Of a stretch of DNA of 64,000 bases, positions 16,455 to 26,508 are shown in pieces. The translations under genes and the position numbers were made by a program. A model generated the notes under the pieces. That model saw only the letters and a program-made list of their open reading frames with translations. It ran no database searches and was not told where the DNA came from. The stretch is taken from assembly GCA_963616935.1 (NCBI GenBank), contig CAVEMS010000002.1, positions 64,396-128,395 on the forward strand, written 5' to 3'. Position 1 is the first letter of the stretch, and each line of letters starts with the position of its first letter. Origin of the DNA: a bacterium (lineage in GTDB: Bacteria; Bacillota_I; Bacilli_A; RFN20; CAG-826).

Positions 16455-18844
16455 GAGCGTACCTCAGCCAAGAATTGGCTCCGTAATGCGTTGATTGCTT
16501 TATCCATCATCTCTTTCGTCTCGGCTTCTAAGAGAGTTCCTTCTTCCTTCCTCATGGTTATATGGAGGGCGATCGATTTCTTCCCAGCCTCGATCTTATC
16601 GCCTTGATAGAGGTCGAAAATCGCGACTTTCTCGATTCTCTTATCGAGCTTCGAGATGGCGGATTTGATGTTTTCGTAAGAGATCGATTCATCGCAAAGG
16701 AAGGCAATGTCCCTAGTGACGCTTGGGAAACGGGATGGGATGCTTGCCTTATCGGGCGAGCTCTTAAGGGCCAATATCTCATCGAGATCGAGTTCGACGA
16801 CGGCTATAGGAGCCTTGGAAAGTCCGATTTTGTCTTTGTAGGTCGGATGGAGTTCGCCATAGACAGCCACCGCTTTCTTGCCAAGGAGCAAACGCTCGGC
16901 GCGATAAGGGTGGAATTCCTCCCCGAGATTCGTGTCGTGACGGAAACGGTTCGGCGATAGTTTGAGCAATGAGAGGATGGCGTCCACATAGCCTTTGGCG
17001 CTATAGAAATCGTATGGGCGCTTAGATAGTTCGCCGCTTATCTTCTCCTCGCCCGACAAAACGATGGCAAGCCTCTTGCCTTGGTAAGAAAGGGCATCGA
17101 CGTCGCTTACCTCGAAAATGCCGAAATCCTTCTCTTGGCGCGACGAGTTATAGATAGCGACGTCAAGCAATGACGAAAGCAATGACGTCCTTAGACATTT
17201 CCTTTCTTCAGTCAGTGGGTTCTTTATCGAATAATGCTCGTATTTGCCGAGCTCTTCGAAGGAAAGCACGTCCGTCTCGCTTCTTAAGCTATAGGTAATC
17301 GTCTCGTATAAGCCGTTGTCGCGAAGGAAATGGCGGATGCTTCTGACGGCTTTTTGCTTCTCGTTAAGGCCGCCAGCCCCATTTAAAGGCAACGTCGGTA
17401 GCGTCGAGACGATGTTTTGGTATCCAAGCAAGCGGATCGTCTCCTCCGAGAGATCCTCCTTGGCTTTTAGATCCATGCGGAAAGAAGGGACTTTCGCGAC
17501 GAACTTATCGCCTTCGAGGTCCTTTATCTCAACGTGGTCGCGACGAAGGACATCGAGGATCGCGCCTTTATCGAAGGAAGTTCCCAAACGCTTATTGATA
17601 TAGCCGACGTCAGTTTCGATGACGGTGTCCTTATGTTCGTATTCGTCGTAAGGCGAAATGGAATAGATTTCTGCTGGCTCCGCCTCTTCTTCTAGCAACG
17701 AGACGATGGCCGTAAGAGCGGTCTTTTGGATTTCAGGCGAGACTCCCTTAACGAAACGGGAGCTGCTATCGCTGGATAATCCAAGTCGCGAAGACGTCCT
17801 TCTAATCGAGGCGCCGTCGAATAAAGCGCATTCGACCAAAACATCTTTGGTGTTTTCGGTGATCGATGCCTCTTTGGAGGTCATAATACCGGCCAAGCAC
17901 AAAGGAGCGTTGGCATCGCAAACGACCAAATCGCCCTTCTTAAGCTCGAATCGCTTTTCGTCGAGCGTCACGAATTCACCCTCATAGTCATCTTTGACGA
18001 CGAGTTCTTCGTTTTTGATCGACGAATAATCGTACATATTGACGGGCTCGCCAGTCAGAAGCATCACATAATTGCCGATGTCGACGACGTTATTGATCGG
18101 CCTGATGCCAGAGCTAAGGAGCGCTTCTTTGATGTATTTCGGGGATTCCTTGATCTTTATCCCTTTTAGCAATGCGCCATGAAATATCTTGCACTTCTCC
18201 GTTTGGCTTCCTAGATGGAAGGAAGATTCTTTGACGGGAACGGCCTTGAATTCCTCGAGTTTATATGGCGCATCGAGGATGGCGCTAAGTTCGCGGGCGA
18301 TGTTCCAAACGCTTAGCAAATCGCCGCGATTGGCGAGCAACTCAAGCTCCAAAACGACGTCGTCGAGGCCAAGATAGCCAAGGACGTCGGTTTCGCCGAC
18401 TGGCGCATCGCTAGGAAGCTCCTCGATTCCGGAGACTTGCTTCTCGCTAAGAAATTTCTTATCGACGCCAAGTTCAAGCAAGGAGCAGCACATGCCATCG
18501 CTATCGATGCCGCGAATCTGGCTTTTGACGATTGTAACTTCAGGTAAAACGGCGCCTTCCCTTGCGACTATCACCTTAAGCCCTTTTCTGGCGTTAGGCG
18601 CTCCGCAGACGATTTGGTGCACTCCATATTCCTTGCCTTCATTGACGGAAAGGATATGAAGGTGGTCGCTATCTGGGTGATTCTCGCAAGAAAGTATTTC
18701 GCCGATCACAAGATTGGTCCCTTTGGCCAATCTATTGATCGAATCGACCTCGATTCCGGCGAAAGTGAGTTTCGAGGCGATCTCTTCGGGGGTATATTTC
18801 GACAAATCCAAGTATTTGCCGAGCCATTTTAGTGATGCTTTCAT
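16451..18844 (-). CDS. pheT: phenylalanine--tRNA ligase beta subunit
   Basis: 797 aa with an N-terminal tRNA-binding domain, B3/B4 and B5 regions, and a C-terminal FDX anticodon-binding region. Confidence 0.95.
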   Translation of the reverse strand: MKASLKWLGKYLDLSKYTPEEIASKLTFAGIEVDSINRLAKGTNLVIGEILSCENHPDSDHLHILSVNEGKEYGVHQIVCGAPNARKGLKVIVAREGAVLPEVTIVKSQIRGIDSDGMCCSLLELGVDKKFLSEKQVSGIEELPSDAPVGETDVLGYLGLDDVVLELELLANRGDLLSVWNIARELSAILDAPYKLEEFKAVPVKESSFHLGSQTEKCKIFHGALLKGIKIKESPKYIKEALLSSGIRPINNVVDIGNYVMLLTGEPVNMYDYSSIKNEELVVKDDYEGEFVTLDEKRFELKKGDLVVCDANAPLCLAGIMTSKEASITENTKDVLVECALFDGASIRRTSSRLGLSSDSSSRFVKGVSPEIQKTALTAIVSLLEEEAEPAEIYSISPYDEYEHKDTVIETDVGYINKRLGTSFDKGAILDVLRRDHVEIKDLEGDKFVAKVPSFRMDLKAKEDLSEETIRLLGYQNIVSTLPTLPLNGAGGLNEKQKAVRSIRHFLRDNGLYETITYSLRSETDVLSFEELGKYEHYSIKNPLTEERKCLRTSLLSSLLDVAIYNSSRQEKDFGIFEVSDVDALSYQGKRLAIVLSGEEKISGELSKRPYDFYSAKGYVDAILSLLKLSPNRFRHDTNLGEEFHPYRAERLLLGKKAVAVYGELHPTYKDKIGLSKAPIAVVELDLDEILALKSSPDKASIPSRFPSVTRDIAFLCDESISYENIKSAISKLDKRIEKVAIFDLYQGDKIEAGKKSIALHITMRKEEGTLLEAETKEMMDKAINALRSQFLAEVRS

Positions 18845-18856
18845 TTTCTCTCTCCT

Positions 18857-19897
18857 CTATTTCTCGTGGAAGGACTCCAAGAAGCGGATGTCATTCGAAT
18901 AGATCCTTCTGATATCGTCGATGCCGTATCTAAGCAAGGCGACACGCTCGATTCCAACACCGAAAGCGAAACCGCTATAGACGTCAGGATCGTACCCGCA
19001 CATCCTTAGGACGTTAGGATGGACTTCGCCAGCGCCAAGGATTTCGATCCAGCCGGTGCCTTTGCACATCGAGCAGCCTTTTCCACCGCATTTGGCGCAG
19101 CTTACGTCGACTTCGACGCTTGGCTCGGTGAAGGGGAAATAAGAGCTTCTAAGGCGGATTTCCCTCTTTTCGCCGAACATCTTCTTGACGAATAGCTCAA
19201 GCGTTCCCTTCAAATCGGCGATTGATATTCCCTTATCGATAAGAAGCCCTTCGATTTGCCCGAATTGATGGCTATGGGTCATGTCGTCGTCGTCTCTTCT
19301 ATAGCACTTGCCTGGGCAAATTATCCTAAGCGGCTCTTTCTTCTCGTTATCAAGCATCGCATGGGCTTGGGCAGCCGAGGTCTGGGTCCTAAGAAGCAAC
19401 GAATCGCTGATATAGAAGGTGTCTTGCATATCGCGCGCCGGGTGATCCTTAGGGACGTTAAGGAGCTCGAAATTGTAGTGATCGCTTTCGACATCCCTTC
19501 CTTCCACCACTTTAAAGCCCATCGAAGCGAAGATATCGGTCATCTCGTCGACGATTATCCAATATGGATTGGTGGCGCCCGTTTTTAGCGATCTAGAGGG
19601 CAAGGTCAAATCGATTTTCTCGCTCTCGAGTTTTTTCTTAAGGGTTTCCTCGGCGATCGCCTTGGCTTTCGCGTTATAGGCCGCTTCGACCTTCGCTTTG
19701 GCGTCGTTAATGAGTTTGCCAAAGGCTCCGCGCTCACTCGGCTCGATTTCTTTCATATGCCCCATAAGCAGGCTGATTTTGCCTTTCTTCGCCAAGTATT
19801 TGGCGTAATAGGCGTTTAATGCGCTCTCATCGCTAATCGTTTCGATTTCGCTAAGCGCAAGCGCAGTGACCTCTGCTACTTCGTCTTTCGGTTCCAT
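18857..19897 (-). CDS. pheS: phenylalanine--tRNA ligase alpha subunit
   Basis: Class II aaRS motifs (FPFTEPS ... GFAFGVGIERVA). The preferred start is MEPKDE at 19897 with an AGGAGG RBS 5 nt upstream; the ORF track starts at 19975. Confidence 0.9.
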   Translation of the reverse strand: MEPKDEVAEVTALALSEIETISDESALNAYYAKYLAKKGKISLLMGHMKEIEPSERGAFGKLINDAKAKVEAAYNAKAKAIAEETLKKKLESEKIDLTLPSRSLKTGATNPYWIIVDEMTDIFASMGFKVVEGRDVESDHYNFELLNVPKDHPARDMQDTFYISDSLLLRTQTSAAQAHAMLDNEKKEPLRIICPGKCYRRDDDDMTHSHQFGQIEGLLIDKGISIADLKGTLELFVKKMFGEKREIRLRSSYFPFTEPSVEVDVSCAKCGGKGCSMCKGTGWIEILGAGEVHPNVLRMCGYDPDVYSGFAFGVGIERVALLRYGIDDIRRIYSNDIRFLESFHEK

Positions 19898-20152
19898 AAT
19901 GCCTCCTAAATAATAAAAAGGGCATGGAGAGCGAATAACCGCGGTGCCATCCCCATTCGTGAACTTCTCACGCACTAATTAGCTATAACCCGCAACGGAG
20001 GGGATCTCTCCCCCGCTCTCCAAGGTGAATTCGCCGATCGCTCTTTGGGGCGGTTTCTCTATTCGCCCTTTCCCAGTATAAAGAGGAGGATCGGTTACTC
20101 TTCTCTTCAACGAACGAGATTATATTACGCTCTTTTCTATGAAAAGATAGCA
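19898..20152 (-). promoter_or_regulatory. T-box riboswitch leader of pheST (Phe-specific, tentative)
   Basis: The minus-strand transcript contains GGGGAUGGCACCGCGGUU (complement of 19937-19954), matching the T-box consensus AGGGUGGNACCGCGG. A GAAUUCACC segment with the Phe codon UUC (complement of 20027-20029) lies about 80 nt upstream of it. Confidence 0.6.
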
Positions 20153-21232
20153 CTAGGATAGCCAAATCGAGCGATCGGAAAGGTTAGAGGGAAACTCAAA
20201 AGAGCATTCCTCTTCGTCTAGAAAGTCCCCTATCGCCGATATATCGATTGAAGACAAGCCGCTATCGCCTTCGCCTAAGTCCACCGAAAGAGAGGAAACG
20301 ACACCCACGTAAAGCGGTTCCTCTTCGTTAAACGCGTAGGTTATATCCGCCGAAACGGATTTGATCTTGGAAACGAATTCCTTGGCCTCTTCTTTCTTAT
20401 CGGCGCTCTCTTCGCTATCGAAAAGAATATCGATGAAATCATTGGCTTTCTCTTTTAAGGAAGGCAAATCGTCATATCGATATGATAGATAGGTGCTCGG
20501 ATCGCCATCATAGCAATAGAAATGCGCCTCTCCTTCCCCTATCGCCTCTTGGACGTTTTTGCGTAGGGAAGTCGCAAGGGCTGGCATCTTCGAATTGAGG
20601 GGAAAGGCGAAATCGCCTTTTTCGAAAACGTCGGTAAGATCGATATAAGAACGCTCATTGAATTCCTTTTCGGGATAGACGCTAGAAAGGAAAGCGCGAG
20701 TAAGGGCCGCCTTCGAAGCGTCTAAGTATAGCCCCGTTTCTTTATCGATCGTCGCCAAATAGCCTTTCAATCCTTGCCTAAACGGGAGATCCAAGCCGTC
20801 TTCCTCGCCCTTTAGTTCGAGATAGATATCGTTAGAGCCAAATTCCATCTTGCATTCGTCTTTCTTATCTAGCGAAAGGGCTTTAAAGGAAAGATCGTCG
20901 CAATAGGCATCTAACGTATAGTGTTTTTTGCCCTCTATCTCACTAGAAGAAGAGCCACCGGCGCTAAAAGAGGAATCGCTAGCGAAAGAAAGCGAAATCA
21001 GCGGCGTATCCTCGTCTTTGTTCGACAGCGAAAGCCCCTGGTTCTTTCTCGAAAGGTAGTTCGATAGGGATCCTTCGAGGTCGCTTAGGGCCAAATTGAC
21101 GTTATCCACCGCTTTCTTGACGTCGGCGTCTGTCGAATCGCACGAGGAAGAGATGGAATCGGGATTAGTGCCGCATCCAGCCAATAACGTCAGCGCTCCG
21201 AAAGCCAATAACGCGATTTTTTCTTTCTTCAT
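20153..21232 (-). CDS. acidic lipoprotein, function unknown
   Basis: 359 aa with signal peptide MKKEKIALLAFGALTLLAGC (lipobox LLAGC) and D/E/S-rich mature protein. Its start overlaps the trmH-like stop (ATGA). Confidence 0.6.
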   Translation of the reverse strand: MKKEKIALLAFGALTLLAGCGTNPDSISSSCDSTDADVKKAVDNVNLALSDLEGSLSNYLSRKNQGLSLSNKDEDTPLISLSFASDSSFSAGGSSSSEIEGKKHYTLDAYCDDLSFKALSLDKKDECKMEFGSNDIYLELKGEEDGLDLPFRQGLKGYLATIDKETGLYLDASKAALTRAFLSSVYPEKEFNERSYIDLTDVFEKGDFAFPLNSKMPALATSLRKNVQEAIGEGEAHFYCYDGDPSTYLSYRYDDLPSLKEKANDFIDILFDSEESADKKEEAKEFVSKIKSVSADITYAFNEEEPLYVGVVSSLSVDLGEGDSGLSSIDISAIGDFLDEEECSFEFPSNLSDRSIWLS

Positions 21233-21975
21233 CTCTCTTTCCTCCCGAATAGCTCATACATTAGGATGCCGCCGGCCACGCCGACGTTTAGGGAATCGAT
21301 TCCGTCCATCTCGATTCTGATTCTGATATCGGAGATTTCGTTTATCCTAGGATCGACGCCCTTGCCTTCGTTGCCTAATATCAAGGCGAATTTCCTGTCG
21401 ATTTTCTCGACTTCCCTTAACGAAGTGGCATTCTTAAGATCCGTGCTAGCCAACAGATACCCGGATTCCCGCAAGCGCTTGACGTCGTCGAGGACATCAT
21501 CGTTATCGGAAACCATGACGTTCAATTTGAAAATCGCCCCTTGCGAAGCCATAAGGACCTTATGCGAATAGGCATAGGCGGTTCTTTTCGAAAGGTATAC
21601 GTTATGATAGCCGAAAGATAAGGCACTCCTTAATAAGGTGCCGACGTTTCCTGGATCCTGAATATCGTCTAGATAGATGAGGTCGCTATCGATATCGAAG
21701 GAGATATCGGTTCTTTTCTTGCATAGGGCGACGATTCCTTCTGGCGACTTCGAACTCGCCATTTTCTCGATGACCGGCATCGAAACGGCGTATTGGGGGA
21801 TTTTCGCATCGGGATAATAACGGTCGACCGAATAAATCTCCGCGGCCATCTTCGCTTCGAGAGCCATCTCGACGAGATGATATCCTTCGACGAGGAAAAA
21901 ATCGCTTTTGCCTTTGCTTTTCGCCAGGGCGTTAAGCACCTTAGGATTGTTTCTTGAGACGATTCTTTCCCTCAT
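21229..21975 (-). CDS. TrmH/SpoU-family RNA 2'-O-methyltransferase (YsgA/RlmB-like)
   Basis: SPOUT motifs (DPGNVGTLLRSA ... LILGNEGKG ... IRIEMDGIDSLNVGVAGGILMYE). Its placement upstream of pheST is as in Bacillus ysgA. Confidence 0.8.
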   Translation of the reverse strand: MRERIVSRNNPKVLNALAKSKGKSDFFLVEGYHLVEMALEAKMAAEIYSVDRYYPDAKIPQYAVSMPVIEKMASSKSPEGIVALCKKRTDISFDIDSDLIYLDDIQDPGNVGTLLRSALSFGYHNVYLSKRTAYAYSHKVLMASQGAIFKLNVMVSDNDDVLDDVKRLRESGYLLASTDLKNATSLREVEKIDRKFALILGNEGKGVDPRINEISDIRIRIEMDGIDSLNVGVAGGILMYELFGRKER

Positions 21976-22621
21976 AGTCGCGATGGATCAATTCCTTTCG
22001 GCATTCCAGATAATCTGGGAAAGCCGCTAAAAGTTTAGCATAAAAACGCCGTCCATGATTACTTATGAAATCATGGGTCAGCTCATGGGCTATCACGCTG
22101 TCGATGGCCCTAGGCCTATAATGCACAAGCGTCAAGGCGAAGCTTATCTCTCTTTTTCTCGGATGATAGATGCCATAGGCGCTTTTTAGTTCCTTGACTT
22201 TAAAGCTTATCGGCTTTTTGTTTCCCATTTCTTCCATCCAATACCCGATTCGCGAGGAAATGTAATCGCTTAGTAGTCCCTTTAGGTAATCTCTTTTCCC
22301 ATTCTCATCTAACGAATCATATATGCCAGACGGTTTCTTCTCGCCGAAAAGGTAAATATATCCATCGCCAATAGGCTGATTTATCTCTTTCTTCTCTTTC
22401 TTTTTAAGAAGTTTCGGAATCGATTTGACGACGAATGAATCGAGCTCGTTCTCCCGATAGCGGAACGAGGCTCTCATCTCGAAAGAGCCGTCTTTCTTTA
22501 GGCTTAGCGAGGCGCTTCCCCTCCTTTTTGAGGTGTATATCAAAAGATATTCGTAACGGACTCCCGCCACAAAAACGCTCCTAAGCTCTCTTTTTTCCAC
22601 TTCTTTTCGATTCTTAGCCAT
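21941..22621 (-). CDS. YgjP-like (DUF45/M48 family, COG1451) zinc-dependent hydrolase
   Basis: 226 aa with an HEXXH motif in IAHELTHDFISNHGRRFYAKL. Confidence 0.6.
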   Translation of the reverse strand: MAKNRKEVEKRELRSVFVAGVRYEYLLIYTSKRRGSASLSLKKDGSFEMRASFRYRENELDSFVVKSIPKLLKKKEKKEINQPIGDGYIYLFGEKKPSGIYDSLDENGKRDYLKGLLSDYISSRIGYWMEEMGNKKPISFKVKELKSAYGIYHPRKREISFALTLVHYRPRAIDSVIAHELTHDFISNHGRRFYAKLLAAFPDYLECRKELIHRDYEGKNRLKKQS

Positions 22622-24562
22622 CTATTTATCGGCATCGAGCGAAGCCGCCTCAAGTTGCGAATCGATGTCGAGCTCGCGGAATTGCGACATATATAGCTCG
22701 TAATAATGGCCTTTTTTCTCCATTAGCGACTTATGGTTACCATCCTCTAATATCTTCCCGTGGTCGAGATAAAGGATACGGTCGGCGCCAGTCACGGTCG
22801 ATAGGCGGTGGCCGATGATTATTGAGGTGCGGCCTTTTAGCAAGGCGTTCACGGCTTTTTGGAGAGTGGCCTCCGTCAAGGTGTCGATGGACGAGGTCGC
22901 CTCGTCGAGAATCAAGAGAGCGGGATCGCGAAGAAGCGCCCTAGCGAAGGCGATAAGCTGCTTTTGGCCTTGTGAGAGGCTATCGCCGCCTAGATTAAGC
23001 TCGGAATAGTAGCCGTTTGGCTGCTCTTCGATGAAAGCGTCGATGCCGACCGTTTTAGCGGCCTCTTTAACCTCTTCCAAAGTGGCGCCGGGTTTTCCAT
23101 AAGCGATGTTCTCATAGTAATTTCCTTTGAAGACGAAGGGGCTTTGTTGCACGTATCCGATATGGGATCTAAGCCAACCGAGGGAGCGGTTACGATATTC
23201 GATTCCATCGACTTTTATGGCACCGGAAGTGGGCTCGTAGAAACGGCACAAAAGATTGACCATCGTGGTCTTGCCACTCCCCGTCTCGCCGACGATTGCG
23301 ACGCTTGTGCCTTTCTCTATCGAGAGATCCATCTCGTGAATCACCTCTTGCGTGGAGTGAGAATAGGAGAAAGAGACCTTCTCGAAATCTATTTTTCCTT
23401 CGAATGGTTCGTAATTTTCCGTCTTCGGCTCGAATAAGGTGCCGTATTTCTCGATGACCTCTGGTGAATCGACAATCTCTGGCTTCGCCTCGAGAAGCTG
23501 CATAACCTTCTCTGCTCCCGCTTGCGAGGACATGAAATCGGTCATCGTCTCGGCTAGGCTCTGCAAGGGATCGTAGATTTCGCTAACGAAGGAGATGAAT
23601 AGGACGATCGTCGCCGCGGAGATGGCCGCTTCTACGCCGCTTTCCCCGATTTTCGAGGCCCCATAGAAGACGATGACGCTTACCATGACGCCAGAGATCA
23701 AAGAAAGAATCGGGCTAAGGAAGGCGTTCATCGCATGGGCTTTGTAACGTTTCACCCTAAGATCTTCGGTTATCTCCCTGGCTTCTTTTAGTCTTGCCTT
23801 CTCGAGGGCGAGCGATTTGATGGTCTTGGCCCCTTCTATCGTTTCCGAGAGATATCCGGTGAAGATGGATGAGGCGTTTCTCGCGATGCGGTGCGCTTTC
23901 AAGATGAGGCGCTGGAAAATCGGGGCGATGACGGCGACTAGCGGCAAAGAGGCGAGCAATATCAAGGAAAGCTTCCAATTGATCGAGAACATCGTGAAAA
24001 GAGACAATACTATCTGGAAAAGGGACCATAGGACGGAATTGAAGCTCCACGCCAAGGTATCGGATATGGAAGAGGTGTCGCCTTGCATCCTGGCGATCAG
24101 CCAACCGCTCGAATTGCGGTCGAAATAGGAGAAGCTAAGTTCCTGTATCTTCTTGAAGGTGTCCCGCCTCAAATCAATGACGATATGCATCGAAACAAGA
24201 TTAAGGGCGTAGAAACTCCCGAAGATGGCGAAGCTTCTCACGACTATGAAAACGGAAAGAAGAACCACATAAATCGCGAAATTCGTATGAAGTTCGATGC
24301 CGAAGATGAAGGTGATATCCATCGGGAGTTCAAAGATATTTGGCGTCGTCACAAGCCCTTGGCCTATCTTTTCGCTTACCTCTATTGCGGCGCTATTCAT
24401 GACGGGGACGAAGCTCGAATCGTAGAAGGTCGCCAAAAGGGTGCATAGGACGGAGACCAACACGAGCGGCCAATATCTAAGCGCATATCGCGAGATTTTG
24501 AACCATACCGAAAAATTGAGCTTAGTCGGAAGGCGTTCTTCTTGGAAACCTGACTGCGGCAT
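22622..24562 (-). CDS. ABC exporter, fused permease-ATPase, subunit B of a heterodimer
   Basis: 646 aa with 6 TM helices plus a nucleotide-binding domain: Walker A GETGSGKTT, signature LSQGQKQ, Walker B LLILDEATS. Confidence 0.85.
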   Translation of the reverse strand: MPQSGFQEERLPTKLNFSVWFKISRYALRYWPLVLVSVLCTLLATFYDSSFVPVMNSAAIEVSEKIGQGLVTTPNIFELPMDITFIFGIELHTNFAIYVVLLSVFIVVRSFAIFGSFYALNLVSMHIVIDLRRDTFKKIQELSFSYFDRNSSGWLIARMQGDTSSISDTLAWSFNSVLWSLFQIVLSLFTMFSINWKLSLILLASLPLVAVIAPIFQRLILKAHRIARNASSIFTGYLSETIEGAKTIKSLALEKARLKEAREITEDLRVKRYKAHAMNAFLSPILSLISGVMVSVIVFYGASKIGESGVEAAISAATIVLFISFVSEIYDPLQSLAETMTDFMSSQAGAEKVMQLLEAKPEIVDSPEVIEKYGTLFEPKTENYEPFEGKIDFEKVSFSYSHSTQEVIHEMDLSIEKGTSVAIVGETGSGKTTMVNLLCRFYEPTSGAIKVDGIEYRNRSLGWLRSHIGYVQQSPFVFKGNYYENIAYGKPGATLEEVKEAAKTVGIDAFIEEQPNGYYSELNLGGDSLSQGQKQLIAFARALLRDPALLILDEATSSIDTLTEATLQKAVNALLKGRTSIIIGHRLSTVTGADRILYLDHGKILEDGNHKSLMEKKGHYYELYMSQFRELDIDSQLEAASLDADK

Positions 24563-26401
24563 CTACTCCCCTCCTTCCCTTTCGTTTTCCGGCAAAATGC
24601 TTTGGATCGAATTTATCTCGTAATAGAGCCCGCGCTTAGAAAGAAGCTCCTCGTGCGTGCCTTCTTCAACCAATCTGCCTTCGCTAAAGAAATAGATGTA
24701 ATCGGAATCCTTCGCCGTGCTTATGCGGTGGGTAACGATGATTTTGCTCGATCCCCTCTTATCTTCGGCGAGGCGGCTTCTGATCGTGAGGTCCGTCTCG
24801 GCGTCGACGGCGCTTAGGCTGTCGTCCAAAAAGAGTATTGGGGCATTGACAAGAAGAGCACGCGCGATGGCGACCCTTTGCTTTTGACCACCGGAGAGCG
24901 TGACGCCCTTTTCTCCGACTGGCGTGTCATAGCCTTTGTCGAATTCGTTAATCGCCTCGTCGACATCGGCTATTTTGGCCACTTGCCTAATGAGCGCGTT
25001 TTCCGATTTCGGATGAGATATGGCGATGTTATCGGCCACCGAGCGCGAAAAAAGGAAGGGATCTTGAAGGACGCTTGCGATGTTCTTTCGCAAATTCCTT
25101 TTCGAGAAGGACTTCAAAGGCCTTCCATCGAGATATATTTCGCCCGATGTCGGCTCATATAGTCTCGATAGCAAAGCGTATATCGTCGATTTGCCAGATC
25201 CTGTCTTGCCCATAATCGCATACGTCTTGCCTTTCGATAGATGGAACGACACGTTATGAAGGACTTCCATATCGGGATCGTCGGGATAGGCGAAACCCAC
25301 GTCTTTGAATTCGATGTCGCCTTCTATCGGGCCGTCGTAGCCATCGTCCAAATCCTCGTGCGGAGCGTTCAATAACGCTTGGATCCTATCGCTAGAGGCT
25401 AGGGTTTGTCCCATCGCCGAAATCGTTTGGGCCGCTCCACGCATCGGCCAAACCATCATATTCACGAATGTGTAGCTAATGGCCACCGATCCGGCGGATA
25501 TCTCGCCTTTGAAGCATAGATATATGGCATAGACCAAACTAAGCGATCGGCTTAGAAAGATCAAAATGTCGCTCGAGGAATAGAAAAAGGATTCCAAGAA
25601 GCGGTCGTAACGGGATACTTTCTCATAGGCTCCAAGGTTCTTCTCGAATTCCCCTATTTCTCTCTTTTCGGCGTTGAAGGCCTTGATCACCCGGACTCCG
25701 CTAAGATTGTCGTTAAGCCTATCGATGATGCCGGCTTCGGCGTCGTCGGCCGCGCGGTATGCCCTCCTCACCTTTTTGATGAAATAGAAGGCGTAGACGA
25801 ACAAAAACGGCAATAGGAATAAGCTAACCAAAGCCAAGGACCAGGAAGTCTGGAACAAGACGACGACGCAAAAGACGGTCATCCATAAAGCGTAAAGGAC
25901 TTCCGATGTGTTCCGAATCAGGAATTGTCGGCAGACGTCGACGTCTCTTGTGCAGGTTTGAATCAGATCGCCAGACTTGGCCGCTTTGAAATAGGGATAA
26001 GGAAGAGCCTCCAAATGATCGAAGAGGGCGTTTTGCGTCGTTTTGTTTATGGCTGAGGAGGCTTTCGCCCTTAGCCACATGCGGACGAAGCTTATAAACG
26101 CCGTTACGAAAGCTGCGCCCATAACCCAATAGCCAATCGTCATTTTGTTATTGACCAGATATTCGAAGCCTTGCCCATTCGCTATAAGGCTTGCCACCGC
26201 TTTCTCTAAGGAGCTCGCTTTCTCTAGTGCCGCCACTCCGCCGAAGGCATCGACTAAGACGGAGGTCAAAAAACTCGTGAAAACCATGCAAAAGACCATG
26301 AAAAACTGAAAAAGATAGGAAAGGAAATAAATCGGCCTATTCCCTTTAAGCATCATTTTTAGCGTTTTCGCAAAGTCCCGCATACGTGGAATATATACCA
26401 T
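24563..26401 (-). CDS. ABC exporter, fused permease-ATPase, subunit A of a heterodimer
   Basis: 612 aa with a TM domain plus Walker A GKTGSGKST, signature LSGGQKQR, Walker B LFLDDSLSAVD. Its stop abuts the next gene's start (24563/24562). Confidence 0.85.
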   Translation of the reverse strand: MVYIPRMRDFAKTLKMMLKGNRPIYFLSYLFQFFMVFCMVFTSFLTSVLVDAFGGVAALEKASSLEKAVASLIANGQGFEYLVNNKMTIGYWVMGAAFVTAFISFVRMWLRAKASSAINKTTQNALFDHLEALPYPYFKAAKSGDLIQTCTRDVDVCRQFLIRNTSEVLYALWMTVFCVVVLFQTSWSLALVSLFLLPFLFVYAFYFIKKVRRAYRAADDAEAGIIDRLNDNLSGVRVIKAFNAEKREIGEFEKNLGAYEKVSRYDRFLESFFYSSSDILIFLSRSLSLVYAIYLCFKGEISAGSVAISYTFVNMMVWPMRGAAQTISAMGQTLASSDRIQALLNAPHEDLDDGYDGPIEGDIEFKDVGFAYPDDPDMEVLHNVSFHLSKGKTYAIMGKTGSGKSTIYALLSRLYEPTSGEIYLDGRPLKSFSKRNLRKNIASVLQDPFLFSRSVADNIAISHPKSENALIRQVAKIADVDEAINEFDKGYDTPVGEKGVTLSGGQKQRVAIARALLVNAPILFLDDSLSAVDAETDLTIRSRLAEDKRGSSKIIVTHRISTAKDSDYIYFFSEGRLVEEGTHEELLSKRGLYYEINSIQSILPENEREGGE

Positions 26402-26508
26402 TTATGGTTTACTTCAATCATTGTTTATATGCGCACGCAGGAGATTTTTCCGTTTTGAAGCGTTATTTTCTTTTAAAAGAAAGCGTTTATGCGTATAATC
26501 CGCCATGT

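Noticed and set aside
19983-20165. 60-aa ORF upstream of pheS
   Set aside because: It lies entirely within the T-box leader RNA. It has no RBS and is not protein-like.
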